From: an uncultured Phycisphaerales bacterium
GTDB lineage: Bacteria > Planctomycetota > Phycisphaerae > WQYP01
Assembly (NCBI GenBank): GCA_903845195.1
Contig: CAIMWO010000033.1
Span: 2,347-66,346, forward strand
DNA length: 64,000 bases
Direction: 5' to 3'
This document shows positions 20,801 through 29,658 of the stretch, piece by piece. The position numbers and the translations under genes are program-made. Under the pieces are notes generated by a model. The model was not told the origin of the DNA and did no database searches. It worked only from the letters and a program-made list of their open reading frames with translations. Each line of letters opens with the position of its first letter. Within the stretch, counting starts at the first letter, position 1.

Positions 20801-21652
20801 TCACTCTTCCGTATTCAACAACTCAATGTTCACGACATTCGCATCCAGCTTCTTCATCAACTCCTGCACCACCGGATTGTTTTCCACATCATCCTTCACC
20901 TTCGGCGGAATCCGCTGTGCCTGGGGCGTCGGCGGGGCTGCCGGTCCGCCAAACCGTGCTGCATCGTTCCCCTTTGCTCCGCCCGCCGGATCGTGCGCGA
21001 CCTCCGGAAACACAAGACTCAGCCGAATCCCCTTGCCCGTCACCGCCCGCAGCGATTCCTCAATCTTCGCCCGGGCTTTCTCATTGGCAAACCCTTTCAG
21101 ATTCGCAGGCATCCACGCCATGGTCTCCCCCGTCTCCGCATTCAAGGATTCCAGCCGCCCCTCATACCCCAACGTCCGATCCAGGTACCCAAACAGTTTT
21201 CTTGCCGCCGCCCACACCGCCGCCAGATTTCCCAGATCCGCTACCATTTCCACCGGCGCCGCCTGCACCGCTGCCGGCATCACCGGTCCCGGCCTCCCCA
21301 TCGGCCGCGGCCCCGGACGTCCCGCCCCGCCCACGCCTTCCTGCCGGGTCTGGGCATTGCGCGCCTCTAACTCTTCCTTCTTCTGCCGCATGTGCGACTT
21401 CATCACTTCATAGATCGATTCCTCCCCCTCCGGCTCCGCATCAGGTGGCATGCCCAGTGAGGCAGAGGCCGGGGGGGGGCCGCTGGGCATGTTCGGTTGA
21501 GTTTGTCCCGTCCCCGCCACCTCCCCCAGCACCGCTGCCGCTGCCGCCGGATCAATCGCCACTTCCCTCGGCGGCGCCGTGACTCCCTCCGTCCTCACGG
21601 TCTCACTTTTTTTTTTGACCCGCCCCAGGCGAGTTAGAACTGCTTCCGTCAC
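20801..21652 (-). CDS. dnaX: DNA polymerase III tau-specific C-terminal region (domains IV-V), encoded in the +1 frame relative to the upstream dnaX segment; overlaps it by 50 nt
   Basis: 283 aa ORF reading ..RLGRVKKKSETVRTEGV.. through the same A10 run. Pro/Gly-rich linker then a conserved C-terminal block (AAVWAAARKLFGYLDRTLGY...). Combined length ~655 aa, the size of a bacterial tau. Confidence 0.65.
   Translation of the reverse strand: MTEAVLTRLGRVKKKSETVRTEGVTAPPREVAIDPAAAAAVLGEVAGTGQTQPNMPSGPPPASASLGMPPDAEPEGEESIYEVMKSHMRQKKEELEARNAQTRQEGVGGAGRPGPRPMGRPGPVMPAAVQAAPVEMVADLGNLAAVWAAARKLFGYLDRTLGYEGRLESLNAETGETMAWMPANLKGFANEKARAKIEESLRAVTGKGIRLSLVFPEVAHDPAGGAKGNDAARFGGPAAPPTPQAQRIPPKVKDDVENNPVVQELMKKLDANVVNIELLNTEE
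21577..21616 (-). promoter_or_regulatory. putative dnaX recoding cassette: A10 slippery run (21607-21616), in-frame UGA, stem-loop CCGUGA-12 nt-UCACGG beginning 6 nt downstream
   Basis: Minus-strand mRNA reads GGU CAA AAA AAA AAG UGA GAC CGUGAGGACGGAGGGAGUCACGG. Layout mirrors the E. coli dnaX A AAA AAG heptamer plus stem-loop. Confidence 0.5.
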
Positions 21653-22778
21653 CTCCGGCCATTAGTTGCCGGATACTCGAGAATTGCTCCGCCAGCGCCA
21701 ACCTCACGATCAACGCATCGAACAGCGGCCGGTGCATCGTGCTCGATTTCAACGACCGCAGCGACAACTCGCACAGCGTGATCAAATGCACCAGCGTCGG
21801 CGGATCATATTTCCCCGACAGCGCCGTGAAAGCTCCCCGAGCCTCTCCCGGCACATCCAGCAGGTCCGTCTTCTCCCCGCACGTGGCTACCAGCATCAAT
21901 CCACGGAAAAATTCGATCAGCTCCCCCAGCACTTGCTCCACCCCCATTCCATCCTTCAGCAGCTTGTCCGCCTTGATGATCGCCGCCGCCGCGTCCCCTT
22001 CCGCCATCGCCGATACCAGCTCCGCGATCGAAGCCGTCGGCGGCTTGCCCAGCAACTCCTCAATCACCTTGTCCGTGATCTTCTTTTCCCCCATCGACAG
22101 CACGCGATCCAGGATCGACAACGCATCGCGCATCGACCCATTCCCCAGCCGCGCGATCCGGAAGATCGCATCCTCCTCCGCCTCCACGCCCTCATCCTTG
22201 CAGATCGCCCGCAGATGCTCCGCAATCTGCTGCGTCGGAATATTCTTGAAATCAAACCGCTGGCAGCGGCTGATGATCGTCGCCGGCACCTTGTGCACTT
22301 CCGTCGTCGCAAAGATAAACTTCACATGCGACGGCGGCTCCTCCAACGTCTTCAACAACGCATTAAACGCCCCGCCCGACAACATGTGCACTTCGTCGAT
22401 AATGTAAATCTTGTACGCGCTCCGCGCCGGCCGAATCCCCGCCGACTGCCGCAGCTCACGCACCTGGTCCACCGAGTTGTTCGACGCACCGTCGATCTCG
22501 ATGACATCCATATCCTCGCCCCGCGCGATCGCCTTGCACGTCTCGCACGATCCGCACGGGTTCCCATCTTTTACGTTCGGGCAGTTGAGCGCCTTGGCCA
22601 AGATCCGCGCCGCCGACGTCTTCCCCACCCCGCGCGTCCCTGTAAACATGAACGCATGCGCCACCCGCCCCATCTTGATGGCGTTCTTCAGCGTCTGCGA
22701 AACCGCCTCCTGCCCGACCAGTTCATCAAAGGTCTGCGATCGATACCGCCGCGCCAGTACTGTATAAGTTTCCGCCAT
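21603..22778 (-). CDS. dnaX: DNA polymerase III subunit gamma/tau, domains I-III; the in-frame product (391 aa) terminates ...PGAGQKKK* immediately after an A10 run
   Basis: Walker A FTGTRGVGKTSAARILAKALNC, zinc module CGSCETCKAI, SRC/sensor motifs. Stop TGA at 21603-21605 (minus). Confidence 0.9.
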   Translation of the reverse strand: MAETYTVLARRYRSQTFDELVGQEAVSQTLKNAIKMGRVAHAFMFTGTRGVGKTSAARILAKALNCPNVKDGNPCGSCETCKAIARGEDMDVIEIDGASNNSVDQVRELRQSAGIRPARSAYKIYIIDEVHMLSGGAFNALLKTLEEPPSHVKFIFATTEVHKVPATIISRCQRFDFKNIPTQQIAEHLRAICKDEGVEAEEDAIFRIARLGNGSMRDALSILDRVLSMGEKKITDKVIEELLGKPPTASIAELVSAMAEGDAAAAIIKADKLLKDGMGVEQVLGELIEFFRGLMLVATCGEKTDLLDVPGEARGAFTALSGKYDPPTLVHLITLCELSLRSLKSSTMHRPLFDALIVRLALAEQFSSIRQLMAGGDGSSSNSPGAGQKKK

Positions 22779-23025
22779 AGACCCGGATTATAACCCATCC
22801 CGCCACTTATGAAACTGCGTTGAAATTCAATGAATAATCCCATCTTTTCCCCGCTCGCTCATCTCTCCTTGGACGACTACTTGGAAGGCCTCTTCCGCCG
22901 CGCACTGACAATGACAAATAACCACCCTCTAGCTTTTCCCACCCCAACCCGATAATATTCATCCACGCGATCCTGTAATCCTCGGTGGAACCGATCTCGC
23001 GTACTTCTGTGGCCAGGGATGCGCC

Positions 23026-24315
23026 ATGACCATCACCACACATAGCCGCACTCTTCCTCGTCGGGCCCCTAGCGCATCTCCTGCGCCTGCCCCGTTAACA
23101 ATCCCGCCTGAACCCATCGCAATCGCGGCGACCCAAACCGTTGAGGCGCAGATAACCTCTGAATCCCCTGCAAAGCCGCCACAGGATTCAACCGATTTGT
23201 TGATTATGAGCTCTCTCGATACCAAGCCGCCGCCGGCGCCTCCCGGCACCAGTGATCTGCTCGATGCCCTCGTGCAGGATCACCTCGAGCGCGCCACTGA
23301 GCCGCCCGACGTTGCCGCGCCCGCTGTTCCGACGATGACCGCCCTTTCGTCTGAAGATCGCGCGGCCATGCTGCACCGCGAAATCGAATCGCTGCTCTCC
23401 GGGACTAAGGACGCCGCAATGGCAACCCTCGCGTCCGTTGCCGATGGAATTTTGCAGACCGTCGCCGATGCCGGCGAGTCCGCGCCCCCCATGCCCATTG
23501 AACCCGCCCTATCGTCGGCTCCTGTGGCAGAACGGTCACCCGCGCCGAACTCACTCGCCAACGAATCCCTCTCCGTCGATCAACTGGATGCGCTCCTCAC
23601 GCCGGCGTTGCCCGGAAATGAAACTGAAGAAACAATTACTGCCGCACCGCTTCCGGAGGACGCTCCTCCTGAATCCATCGCGGTTCTCCCCAGTCCGCTC
23701 CTCGATGACCCCAAGACGCCCGCTTCATCGGATCATCTTGAGGGCCTGTCCAACGTGCCGTTGCCCGCTGCCGCAGCCGCACAGGCGATAGCTCCTGACG
23801 TCGACGAAGGCGAGCAGAAGATCGCGGAAGCCGAGGGCGTGCTTGCCGAAGAACTCGCACAATTGATGCAGGAGAAGCCCGAAACCGTACCCGCCGGCCC
23901 GCTCGAGACTGCGTCAACTGCCGCAGCGGAAGAACCCGCGACAGGCCTGGCCGCCCCGAGCGCCTCGACGCAAACGTCTCCGCCGGCCCCCGAATCCGTG
24001 TCCGCCAAGCCGGCCGAAACCGCTACCAAAGCGCCGGCATCTCCCGCGGTCGGATCCGCCGACCCGTCTTCGAAAGAAGCAGCCGTCGCAGCCAACGCCA
24101 AGATCGTCCAGGCGCTCACTCCCACCCAATCGAACAAGCCAAAGGCCGGATTCGTCAGCAATGTGGCCAGCGACCTCGCCTTGATGATCGCACAATTGAT
24201 CGACTTGCCATTCTCCTGGGTCGGAGAACTCGACAAGAACATCCTCGGTGTGGCGGCATTCATGCTGCTCCTCTCCGGCGGAGTGCTCAAACTCATCGCC
24301 TGGTGGCTCGGCTAA
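23026..24315 (+). CDS. Pro/Ala/Glu-rich low-complexity protein with a single C-terminal TM helix
   Basis: 429 aa dominated by P, A, E, S, T (..APAPLTIPPEPIAIAATQ.., ..PAPESVSAKPAETATKAPASPA..). C-terminal ILGVAAFMLLLSGGVLKLIAWWLG. Start uncertain; reality of the ORF is moderate. Confidence 0.4.
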   Translation: MTITTHSRTLPRRAPSASPAPAPLTIPPEPIAIAATQTVEAQITSESPAKPPQDSTDLLIMSSLDTKPPPAPPGTSDLLDALVQDHLERATEPPDVAAPAVPTMTALSSEDRAAMLHREIESLLSGTKDAAMATLASVADGILQTVADAGESAPPMPIEPALSSAPVAERSPAPNSLANESLSVDQLDALLTPALPGNETEETITAAPLPEDAPPESIAVLPSPLLDDPKTPASSDHLEGLSNVPLPAAAAAQAIAPDVDEGEQKIAEAEGVLAEELAQLMQEKPETVPAGPLETASTAAAEEPATGLAAPSASTQTSPPAPESVSAKPAETATKAPASPAVGSADPSSKEAAVAANAKIVQALTPTQSNKPKAGFVSNVASDLALMIAQLIDLPFSWVGELDKNILGVAAFMLLLSGGVLKLIAWWLG

Positions 24316-24816
24316 GCCGGTGGTGGGGGGAGATGTGATCAGCAGGTATGAGTCCAATCGAGAGCCTCCAACAACAACCAATCTCAACAAAGTCCCTTCC
24401 ATGCGCCACATTGTTAAGCTGGGCAATCGCCACGGTGCCTCGCTGTCCCGAGTATCCGTCTCCATTTTCCGGATCAGACTGAGCGAGGCCTTTTTAGCGG
24501 ACCTAAGTCGCACATCTCATCGTCGGCGCGACATCCCGCACGACGCGCCGCTTATCGGACGCCAAAAAACCCTGTAAAATCAAGCCCTTTTTGCACATCT
24601 CAAACTTTCCCTCTCGCCACTGAAGTTTTGCCACGCTCTCGTCCGATAGCTTTGGGGCTCATATGACTGTCAACCGCTTCGTGTCCCGACAGTCTGCGGC
24701 CAAGTATTCACGGTGGAACCGTTGCTCTCAAAATATTATGCGTTCGACGGAAAGCCGAACGACGGCGAATCGTCCCTCCAGACCTTCCGCTGTAAACAAA
24801 AAACCAGGAGCAAACG

Positions 24817-25005
24817 ATGAGCAAACGTGAACTAATCGATGCCATTCTTGAACATAATCGCACCGCCGCGCCCGAATTTCTTGCACGCTTCGGCGAAAAC
24901 GATCTGAAAGCCTATCTCGAACGCGTCACCGTGATCGACGACGCCAACCACAGGTCAGCCGTGCGAACCACGGTCGATGCACATCAGGAATTACAAATGG
25001 CGTGA
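24817..25005 (+). CDS. small hypothetical protein (62 aa)
   Basis: AGGAG 8 nt upstream of the ATG. Balanced composition MSKRELIDAILEHNRTAAPEFLARFGENDLKAYLERVTVIDD. Sits in an otherwise ~1.1 kb non-coding stretch. Confidence 0.35.
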   Translation: MSKRELIDAILEHNRTAAPEFLARFGENDLKAYLERVTVIDDANHRSAVRTTVDAHQELQMA

Positions 25006-25448
25006 TAGAAGTTTCGAGTAGTAAAGGTCTGGGGTCGGAGAGAGACGCGAGAGAAGAATGGGAGTTTTCAGAGGCCCCTCGGCGCACGAAAGACGTGCAG
25101 CAGGCAAGCCGAGGCGTCTCCAAACTTGAGGCGAGCCGGGACTCTGGCGCTCGCAAAGGCCGGACGAACGGTGCCCGAACGAAGCGACGCGTTTGCGAGC
25201 CGCGGGGTAAATCGGGGCGTACCCGAGTTACTGGTCCACCCGTGGCTTGTCGGCGCGTCGCTTTTTTGCCGCCAGAACGCGATATCCTGTATAACGAATT
25301 TCGTTAATATGATTTAATGGCCCGGCTACTAATTTTGACAAACCCTCAAATAAATAGTGGATTTTATGGTCCTAATATAGTTAAATGGTGGCGGAGCGTG
25401 GTGGTTATTACGTAGACAGGCTTCGGCGCTACAGAAAAGGGATGCTAC

Positions 25449-25937
25449 ATGTTCTCACAGACCGCTGAATACGCGCTCCGAGTCATCGTTCATTTGGCCT
25501 CGTTGAAGGATTCTCCTACCACGACGCGCCAGATTGCCGTGACCACCAAGATCCCCGAAGGGTATCTCGCCAAAGTTCTCCAGAGCCTCGTCCATGCAGG
25601 CCTGGTGCAAAGCCAGCGCGGCCTTCATGGCGGCTTCGTGCTGGGCCGCCAGCCCACCACGCTGACGCTCTACGATGTCATGTCTGCCGTCGATACGCCC
25701 GCACGCATTCACACCTGTCCCCTCGCGCTGAAAACGCATGCCCAGGAATTGTGCGCCTTGCATCGCCGTCTCGATAACGTCCTGCTCGCGGTCGAAAACT
25801 CACTGCGGCAAGCGACGATCTCCGAAATCATCGGCGATTGCACCTGCTGCAAACCCCTGGCCGAAGTCAACGGTGAAATGTCCGTCAGTGGCGGTAATGG
25901 TGAAGCCGCTCCGACGGATACAACCGGCGTCGCCTGA
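25449..25937 (+). CDS. Rrf2-family transcriptional regulator (IscR/NsrR-like, three conserved Cys)
   Basis: MFSQTAEYALRVIVHLA...TTRQIAVTTKIPEGYLAKVLQSLVHAGLVQSQRGLHGGFVL wHTH. Cys cluster HTCPLAL..CALHRRLD..DCTCCKPL. Confidence 0.8.
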   Translation: MFSQTAEYALRVIVHLASLKDSPTTTRQIAVTTKIPEGYLAKVLQSLVHAGLVQSQRGLHGGFVLGRQPTTLTLYDVMSAVDTPARIHTCPLALKTHAQELCALHRRLDNVLLAVENSLRQATISEIIGDCTCCKPLAEVNGEMSVSGGNGEAAPTDTTGVA

Positions 25938-25960
25938 AAAAGTTGAAAAATAAAAAAGAC

Positions 25961-26000
25961 GCAGCTTGTGCTCCAAGCTGCGTCTTTTTTTTCTTCTATT
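25961..26000. terminator. bidirectional rho-independent terminator between the Rrf2 gene (+) and moeZ (-)
   Basis: aaaaaagacgcagcttg-tgctcc-aagctgcgtctttttttt: 11-bp perfect stem flanked by an A-run and a T-run. Confidence 0.8.
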
Positions 26001-26009
26001 TTTTGCGAC

Positions 26010-27233
26010 TCAGTAACGCGGCACAGTGGGGTCGATCATCAGGCTCCACAGATCGATGCCGCCGGCAAGAGAACGTGCATTGGTAAAGCCATGCTTGCGG
26101 AGAATCGCCGTGCCGTTCATCGAACGGACGCCATGGTGACAATGCACGACAATGCGTTTGTTCTTGTGCGCGGCCAGTTCGCTGTCAACGCGTGCATCAA
26201 GCTCACTGAGCGGGATCAACGTTGAGCCGTCAATTTTGCACACGTCAAATTCCTTGGGCTGCCGCACATCGAGAATCAGCAATTCCGCCCGAGAATCGAG
26301 CCATTCTTTGAGTTGCGTCGGATGTACTTCCCACTCCGGATTGATGTGGATCTGAATGCCGCTGCTGGTGACAACCGGCTTGGCTGCGTTCGCCGACGGC
26401 ATGCCGCAAAATGCCTGGTAATCGATCAGCTTCGTGATCGTGGGATGATCGCCGCATAGCGGGCAATTCTTGTCCCGGCGAAGCTTGAGCGTGCGAAACT
26501 GCATGTCCAGCGCGTTGAGCACCTGTAGCCGCCCGAACAACGGCGTGCCAATACCCGCCAGAATTTTGATCGTTTCGTTCGCCTGAACGGACCCAATGAT
26601 GCCGCACATCGCGCCCATCACGCCGCCCACCGCACACGAGGGCACCATGTCGGCCGGGGGCGGTTCGGGATATTGGCAGCGGTAGCATCCGGACGAAACC
26701 TCTCGGCCGTTCCATGATTTGATGTGCGGCGCAAACACCGTGTTCTGCCCTTCGAAACGAAATATCGAGCCGTCGACGTTGATCTTCTTGAGCAGAACGC
26801 ACGCGTCGTTCACCAGATAACGCGTCGGAAAGTTATCCGTGCCGTTGATGATGACATCATACGGAGCAATCCATTCCATGGCATTTTCCGCGGTGATTCT
26901 GCCACGATGTTGAATAATGTTCACGTCCGGATTGAGAGCGCGAAGCTTCTTCTCCGCAATGTCGAGCTTGGATTGCCCGACATCGATCGTAGAGTAAAGA
27001 ATTTGCCGCTGCAGGTTGGAGTGGTCGACGGTGTCGAATTCGACAATCCCGATCGTCCCGACCCCGGCGGCCGCCAGATACATCGCATTGGGACTGCCCA
27101 GCCCGCCTGCGCCGACGATCAGCACTTTGGAATTGAACAGCGTAAGCTGGCCGGCCTCGCCGAATTCCGGAAGGGCCAGATGGCGCGCATAGCGGTTTCG
27201 TTGTTGCTCGGTGAGTGTGGTGACTGGAGGCAT
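26010..27233 (-). CDS. moeZ: MoeZ/MoeB-type E1-like adenylyltransferase (ThiF family) with C-terminal rhodanese domain
   Basis: RYARHLALPEFGEAGQLTLFNSKVLIVGAGGLGSPNAMYLAAAGVG. CxxC pairs CYRCQYP and CPLCG. Rhodanese LILDVRQPKEFDVCKIDGSTLIPL...VVHCHHGVRS. Confidence 0.8.
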   Translation of the reverse strand: MPPVTTLTEQQRNRYARHLALPEFGEAGQLTLFNSKVLIVGAGGLGSPNAMYLAAAGVGTIGIVEFDTVDHSNLQRQILYSTIDVGQSKLDIAEKKLRALNPDVNIIQHRGRITAENAMEWIAPYDVIINGTDNFPTRYLVNDACVLLKKINVDGSIFRFEGQNTVFAPHIKSWNGREVSSGCYRCQYPEPPPADMVPSCAVGGVMGAMCGIIGSVQANETIKILAGIGTPLFGRLQVLNALDMQFRTLKLRRDKNCPLCGDHPTITKLIDYQAFCGMPSANAAKPVVTSSGIQIHINPEWEVHPTQLKEWLDSRAELLILDVRQPKEFDVCKIDGSTLIPLSELDARVDSELAAHKNKRIVVHCHHGVRSMNGTAILRKHGFTNARSLAGGIDLWSLMIDPTVPRY

Positions 27234-27342
27234 GGTTCGGACTCCGCAAGGGTTGAAATGAACGAGTACGGTATCATACAGGAATCGCCAGCGGCGCGCG
27301 AAGCCCACCGGGTGTTGCATGCGACCGAACGGAAAGGCGCAG

Positions 27343-27765
27343 ATGCGTTTGGAAATAGCTCAGAGCCAGATTGCCGAAATCGCCCAGACGGGAGTGAAGG
27401 CCTTTCCGGAGGAAGCCTGCGGCCTGCTGATAGGGCGGATCACTGATCGCGCATGGCATGTGGAAAGCGTCATCCCCGCGGAAAATATCGCCGCCGCCTC
27501 TGAGCGCCATCATCGCTACACGATCGACCCGAAAGTATTTCTGCACACCCAGCGCACCGCCGAAGCCGCCGGCCTGGAAGTCGTCGGTTTCTTCCACAGC
27601 CACCCCAATCACCCGGCCACCCCCAGCACCTTCGACCGCGAGCGTGCCTGGGGCAGCTATGTGTACGTGATCGTGCACGTGACGCCGAATGGGGCGCAGG
27701 AGACGACCGCCTGGGAACTGGTGGGGGAGGCCATGACTCCAGTGAAGATCGACGACCTCACCTGA
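27343..27765 (+). CDS. JAMM/MPN+ family metalloprotease (Mec+-like)
   Basis: EEACGLLIGR ... VVGFFHSHPNHPATPSTFD contains the E...HxH...S..D JAMM motif. Divergent from moeZ. Confidence 0.7.
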   Translation: MRLEIAQSQIAEIAQTGVKAFPEEACGLLIGRITDRAWHVESVIPAENIAAASERHHRYTIDPKVFLHTQRTAEAAGLEVVGFFHSHPNHPATPSTFDRERAWGSYVYVIVHVTPNGAQETTAWELVGEAMTPVKIDDLT

Positions 27766-27787
27766 ACTTCAGATCGGGGCTTGGCAA

Positions 27788-28156
27788 TTACTCTTGCGAA
27801 GGGAGCAGCAAATCGGCGCTAATATCCCCGCTGAGTTGCACCCGCCAGCTATCCACCGTTTGGCTCAGCAAATTCCAGTTTCCCCTCGCCGCCCGCCGCA
27901 CGAAACCCCGATCGCCTGAGATCGGACCCTCATAATCCAGATAAACTCGCCGGTGGTCCCCAATGCGAACCGCCTGCAAAACCGCCTCTGCCCGGTGCCA
28001 CTCTTCCGGCGGAATGCGAATTTGCCACGTTACCAGCAGCTCCTGTCCCGCAATTTCCAGCAAAAGGTCCCAGTGCGGCTCCGCGATATCCTCATGCCGG
28101 AGCACGGTATAGCGCAATACTTGCGGCTTGGCGGCGGTAGGCATGGACTGGCTCAT
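27788..28156 (-). CDS. stand-alone LigD-type 3'-phosphoesterase (PE) domain protein
   Basis: LRYTVLRHEDIAEPHWDLLLEIAGQELLVTWQI...HRRVYLDYEGPISGDRGFVRRAARGNW parallels the LigD PE signature (..QKHAARRLHYDFRLE..W.., ..HPLEYGDFEGVIP..WDRGTW). No ligase or polymerase domain nearby. Confidence 0.5.
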   Translation of the reverse strand: MSQSMPTAAKPQVLRYTVLRHEDIAEPHWDLLLEIAGQELLVTWQIRIPPEEWHRAEAVLQAVRIGDHRRVYLDYEGPISGDRGFVRRAARGNWNLLSQTVDSWRVQLSGDISADLLLPSQE

Positions 28157-28221
28157 GGCTTGCGATTCCCTCGCCCGATGATACCATCATGTGTTCGCTT
28201 AATCATTTGGAGAAAATCGGC

Positions 28222-29010
28222 ATGGTTGGTTTTGCCTCTCCTCGATGGAATGGATCTAAATTCCTGTTGTCTTGCGCTCTGCTGTTCGTGCTGGTCGCCA
28301 TGCTCGGCGGTTGTACGAGCGAACTGCAGAAGAACCGTGAACTGGGCGTGTCGCTCTATCAAAAGGAGCACTACGACCAGTCTCTCGCTGCGCTTACCAC
28401 AGCGCTCAAGTGCGACGAGTTCGACGCAGTCTCGAATACCTACGCCGGCCTGATTCACTATCGCGCCGGCAACTATCAGCAGGCCTGCTATCACTTCAAG
28501 ACCGCCCTCCAGGCGGATCCCTCGAGCGAACAAGCCAAGGCCGGTCTTACCGCCGCTCTGATTCGACTGGATAAACCCGATTTAGCGCTGGACTACCTCG
28601 AACGTGCGTCGGCACTGGCGGAAAAAGTCAAAGATCCACGCTGGAAAAAGTCCTTCGCCAATCGACGCTATCAGGATCAGACCGATGAAGGCTTGTTTAC
28701 CGGCAGGGCCGGTGACCGGCTGCGTATCGGACGAACTTACGAGAAGCTTGGCGACTATGACAACGCTTTGCTCTATTACAAGAAGGCCCTTGCGGTGGCG
28801 CCGGATAATCCCAGCGTGCTCTTCGCAGTCGGTTTGCTTTTCGAAAAGACCGGCGACAAAACCGTGGCCCGGGAATATCTCATCAAGGCCTACATGGCCG
28901 ATCCCAGCACGCCCGGACTTACCGAGGCCCTGACGCGCAACGGCATCGCCATTTCCGACGTTCTTGGAGTTCCCAAAGGGCAGGAGTCGGCCGTCCCCGC
29001 TCCCAAGTAG
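28222..29010 (+). CDS. tetratricopeptide-repeat lipoprotein
   Basis: Lipobox LVAMLGGC. TPR-like repeats (AGLIHYRAGNYQQACYHFKTALQADP, GRTYEKLGDYDNALLYYKKALAVAPDNP). Confidence 0.6.
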   Translation: MVGFASPRWNGSKFLLSCALLFVLVAMLGGCTSELQKNRELGVSLYQKEHYDQSLAALTTALKCDEFDAVSNTYAGLIHYRAGNYQQACYHFKTALQADPSSEQAKAGLTAALIRLDKPDLALDYLERASALAEKVKDPRWKKSFANRRYQDQTDEGLFTGRAGDRLRIGRTYEKLGDYDNALLYYKKALAVAPDNPSVLFAVGLLFEKTGDKTVAREYLIKAYMADPSTPGLTEALTRNGIAISDVLGVPKGQESAVPAPK

Positions 29011-29046
29011 CAGGGCACTCCGACTCTGTCGGCGGAATAGCGGTTC

Positions 29047-29598
29047 ATGCCTGAAACCCTCAGTCAACGCTTGATCGAATCTCTGGAACCCGTACGGGAC
29101 CAGCTCTACGTCCTTGCGCAGGAGCGCTCGGCCAGCGCTCCGGCGGCAGAAGGACTGCTCCAGCAGACACTTCGTCACGTGCTTTCCGTCATGATCGACG
29201 GGACGCTCAAGACGGATGCGGCACGGGCCGTGGAAGATGAACTGCGGAATGGGCCCGTGGTTGCGGTCTCGAGCGATTCCGTGATGCCTGCCGATGTCTG
29301 GGCGCGCCTCTCCGCTGGCGTGCAGATTGAGGCGGCACGACACGGCGGGGGACGCGGGGGCGTTGGCATCAACCCCGAAAGTGTCCTGCTGAATCCCGAT
29401 CCGCTACTGGCGCCTCGAAAAGGCGTCCAGCAAGAAGACCCCCAGGCCGCACCGCATCTGACGCCGACGCGATTCGTCCTCGTGGCCGGCCTGGCGGTGG
29501 TGCTCGGCGTGGCGGTCACCATCTACTTGGCAACCCGTAATTCGAAACCCCCGCGGCACGCTCCGTCCATGACCACCACGGCCACTGCACCAGGATGA
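29047..29598 (+). CDS. hypothetical protein with C-terminal TM helix
   Basis: 183 aa ORF. C-terminal FVLVAGLAVVLGVAVTIYLA. No recognisable domain. Confidence 0.35.
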   Translation: MPETLSQRLIESLEPVRDQLYVLAQERSASAPAAEGLLQQTLRHVLSVMIDGTLKTDAARAVEDELRNGPVVAVSSDSVMPADVWARLSAGVQIEAARHGGGRGGVGINPESVLLNPDPLLAPRKGVQQEDPQAAPHLTPTRFVLVAGLAVVLGVAVTIYLATRNSKPPRHAPSMTTTATAPG

Positions 29599-29658
29599 TC
29601 GGGACGAACACGCGTTGCTTCAAGAACGTTAACCGTCGATGGGGCGGTAAGGTGATTA

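Noticed and set aside
25002-25307. 101-aa ORF in the Rrf2 upstream region
   Set aside because: It is Arg/Gly-rich and low-complexity, with no SD or start context, and it overlaps a region better explained as non-coding leader or sRNA.
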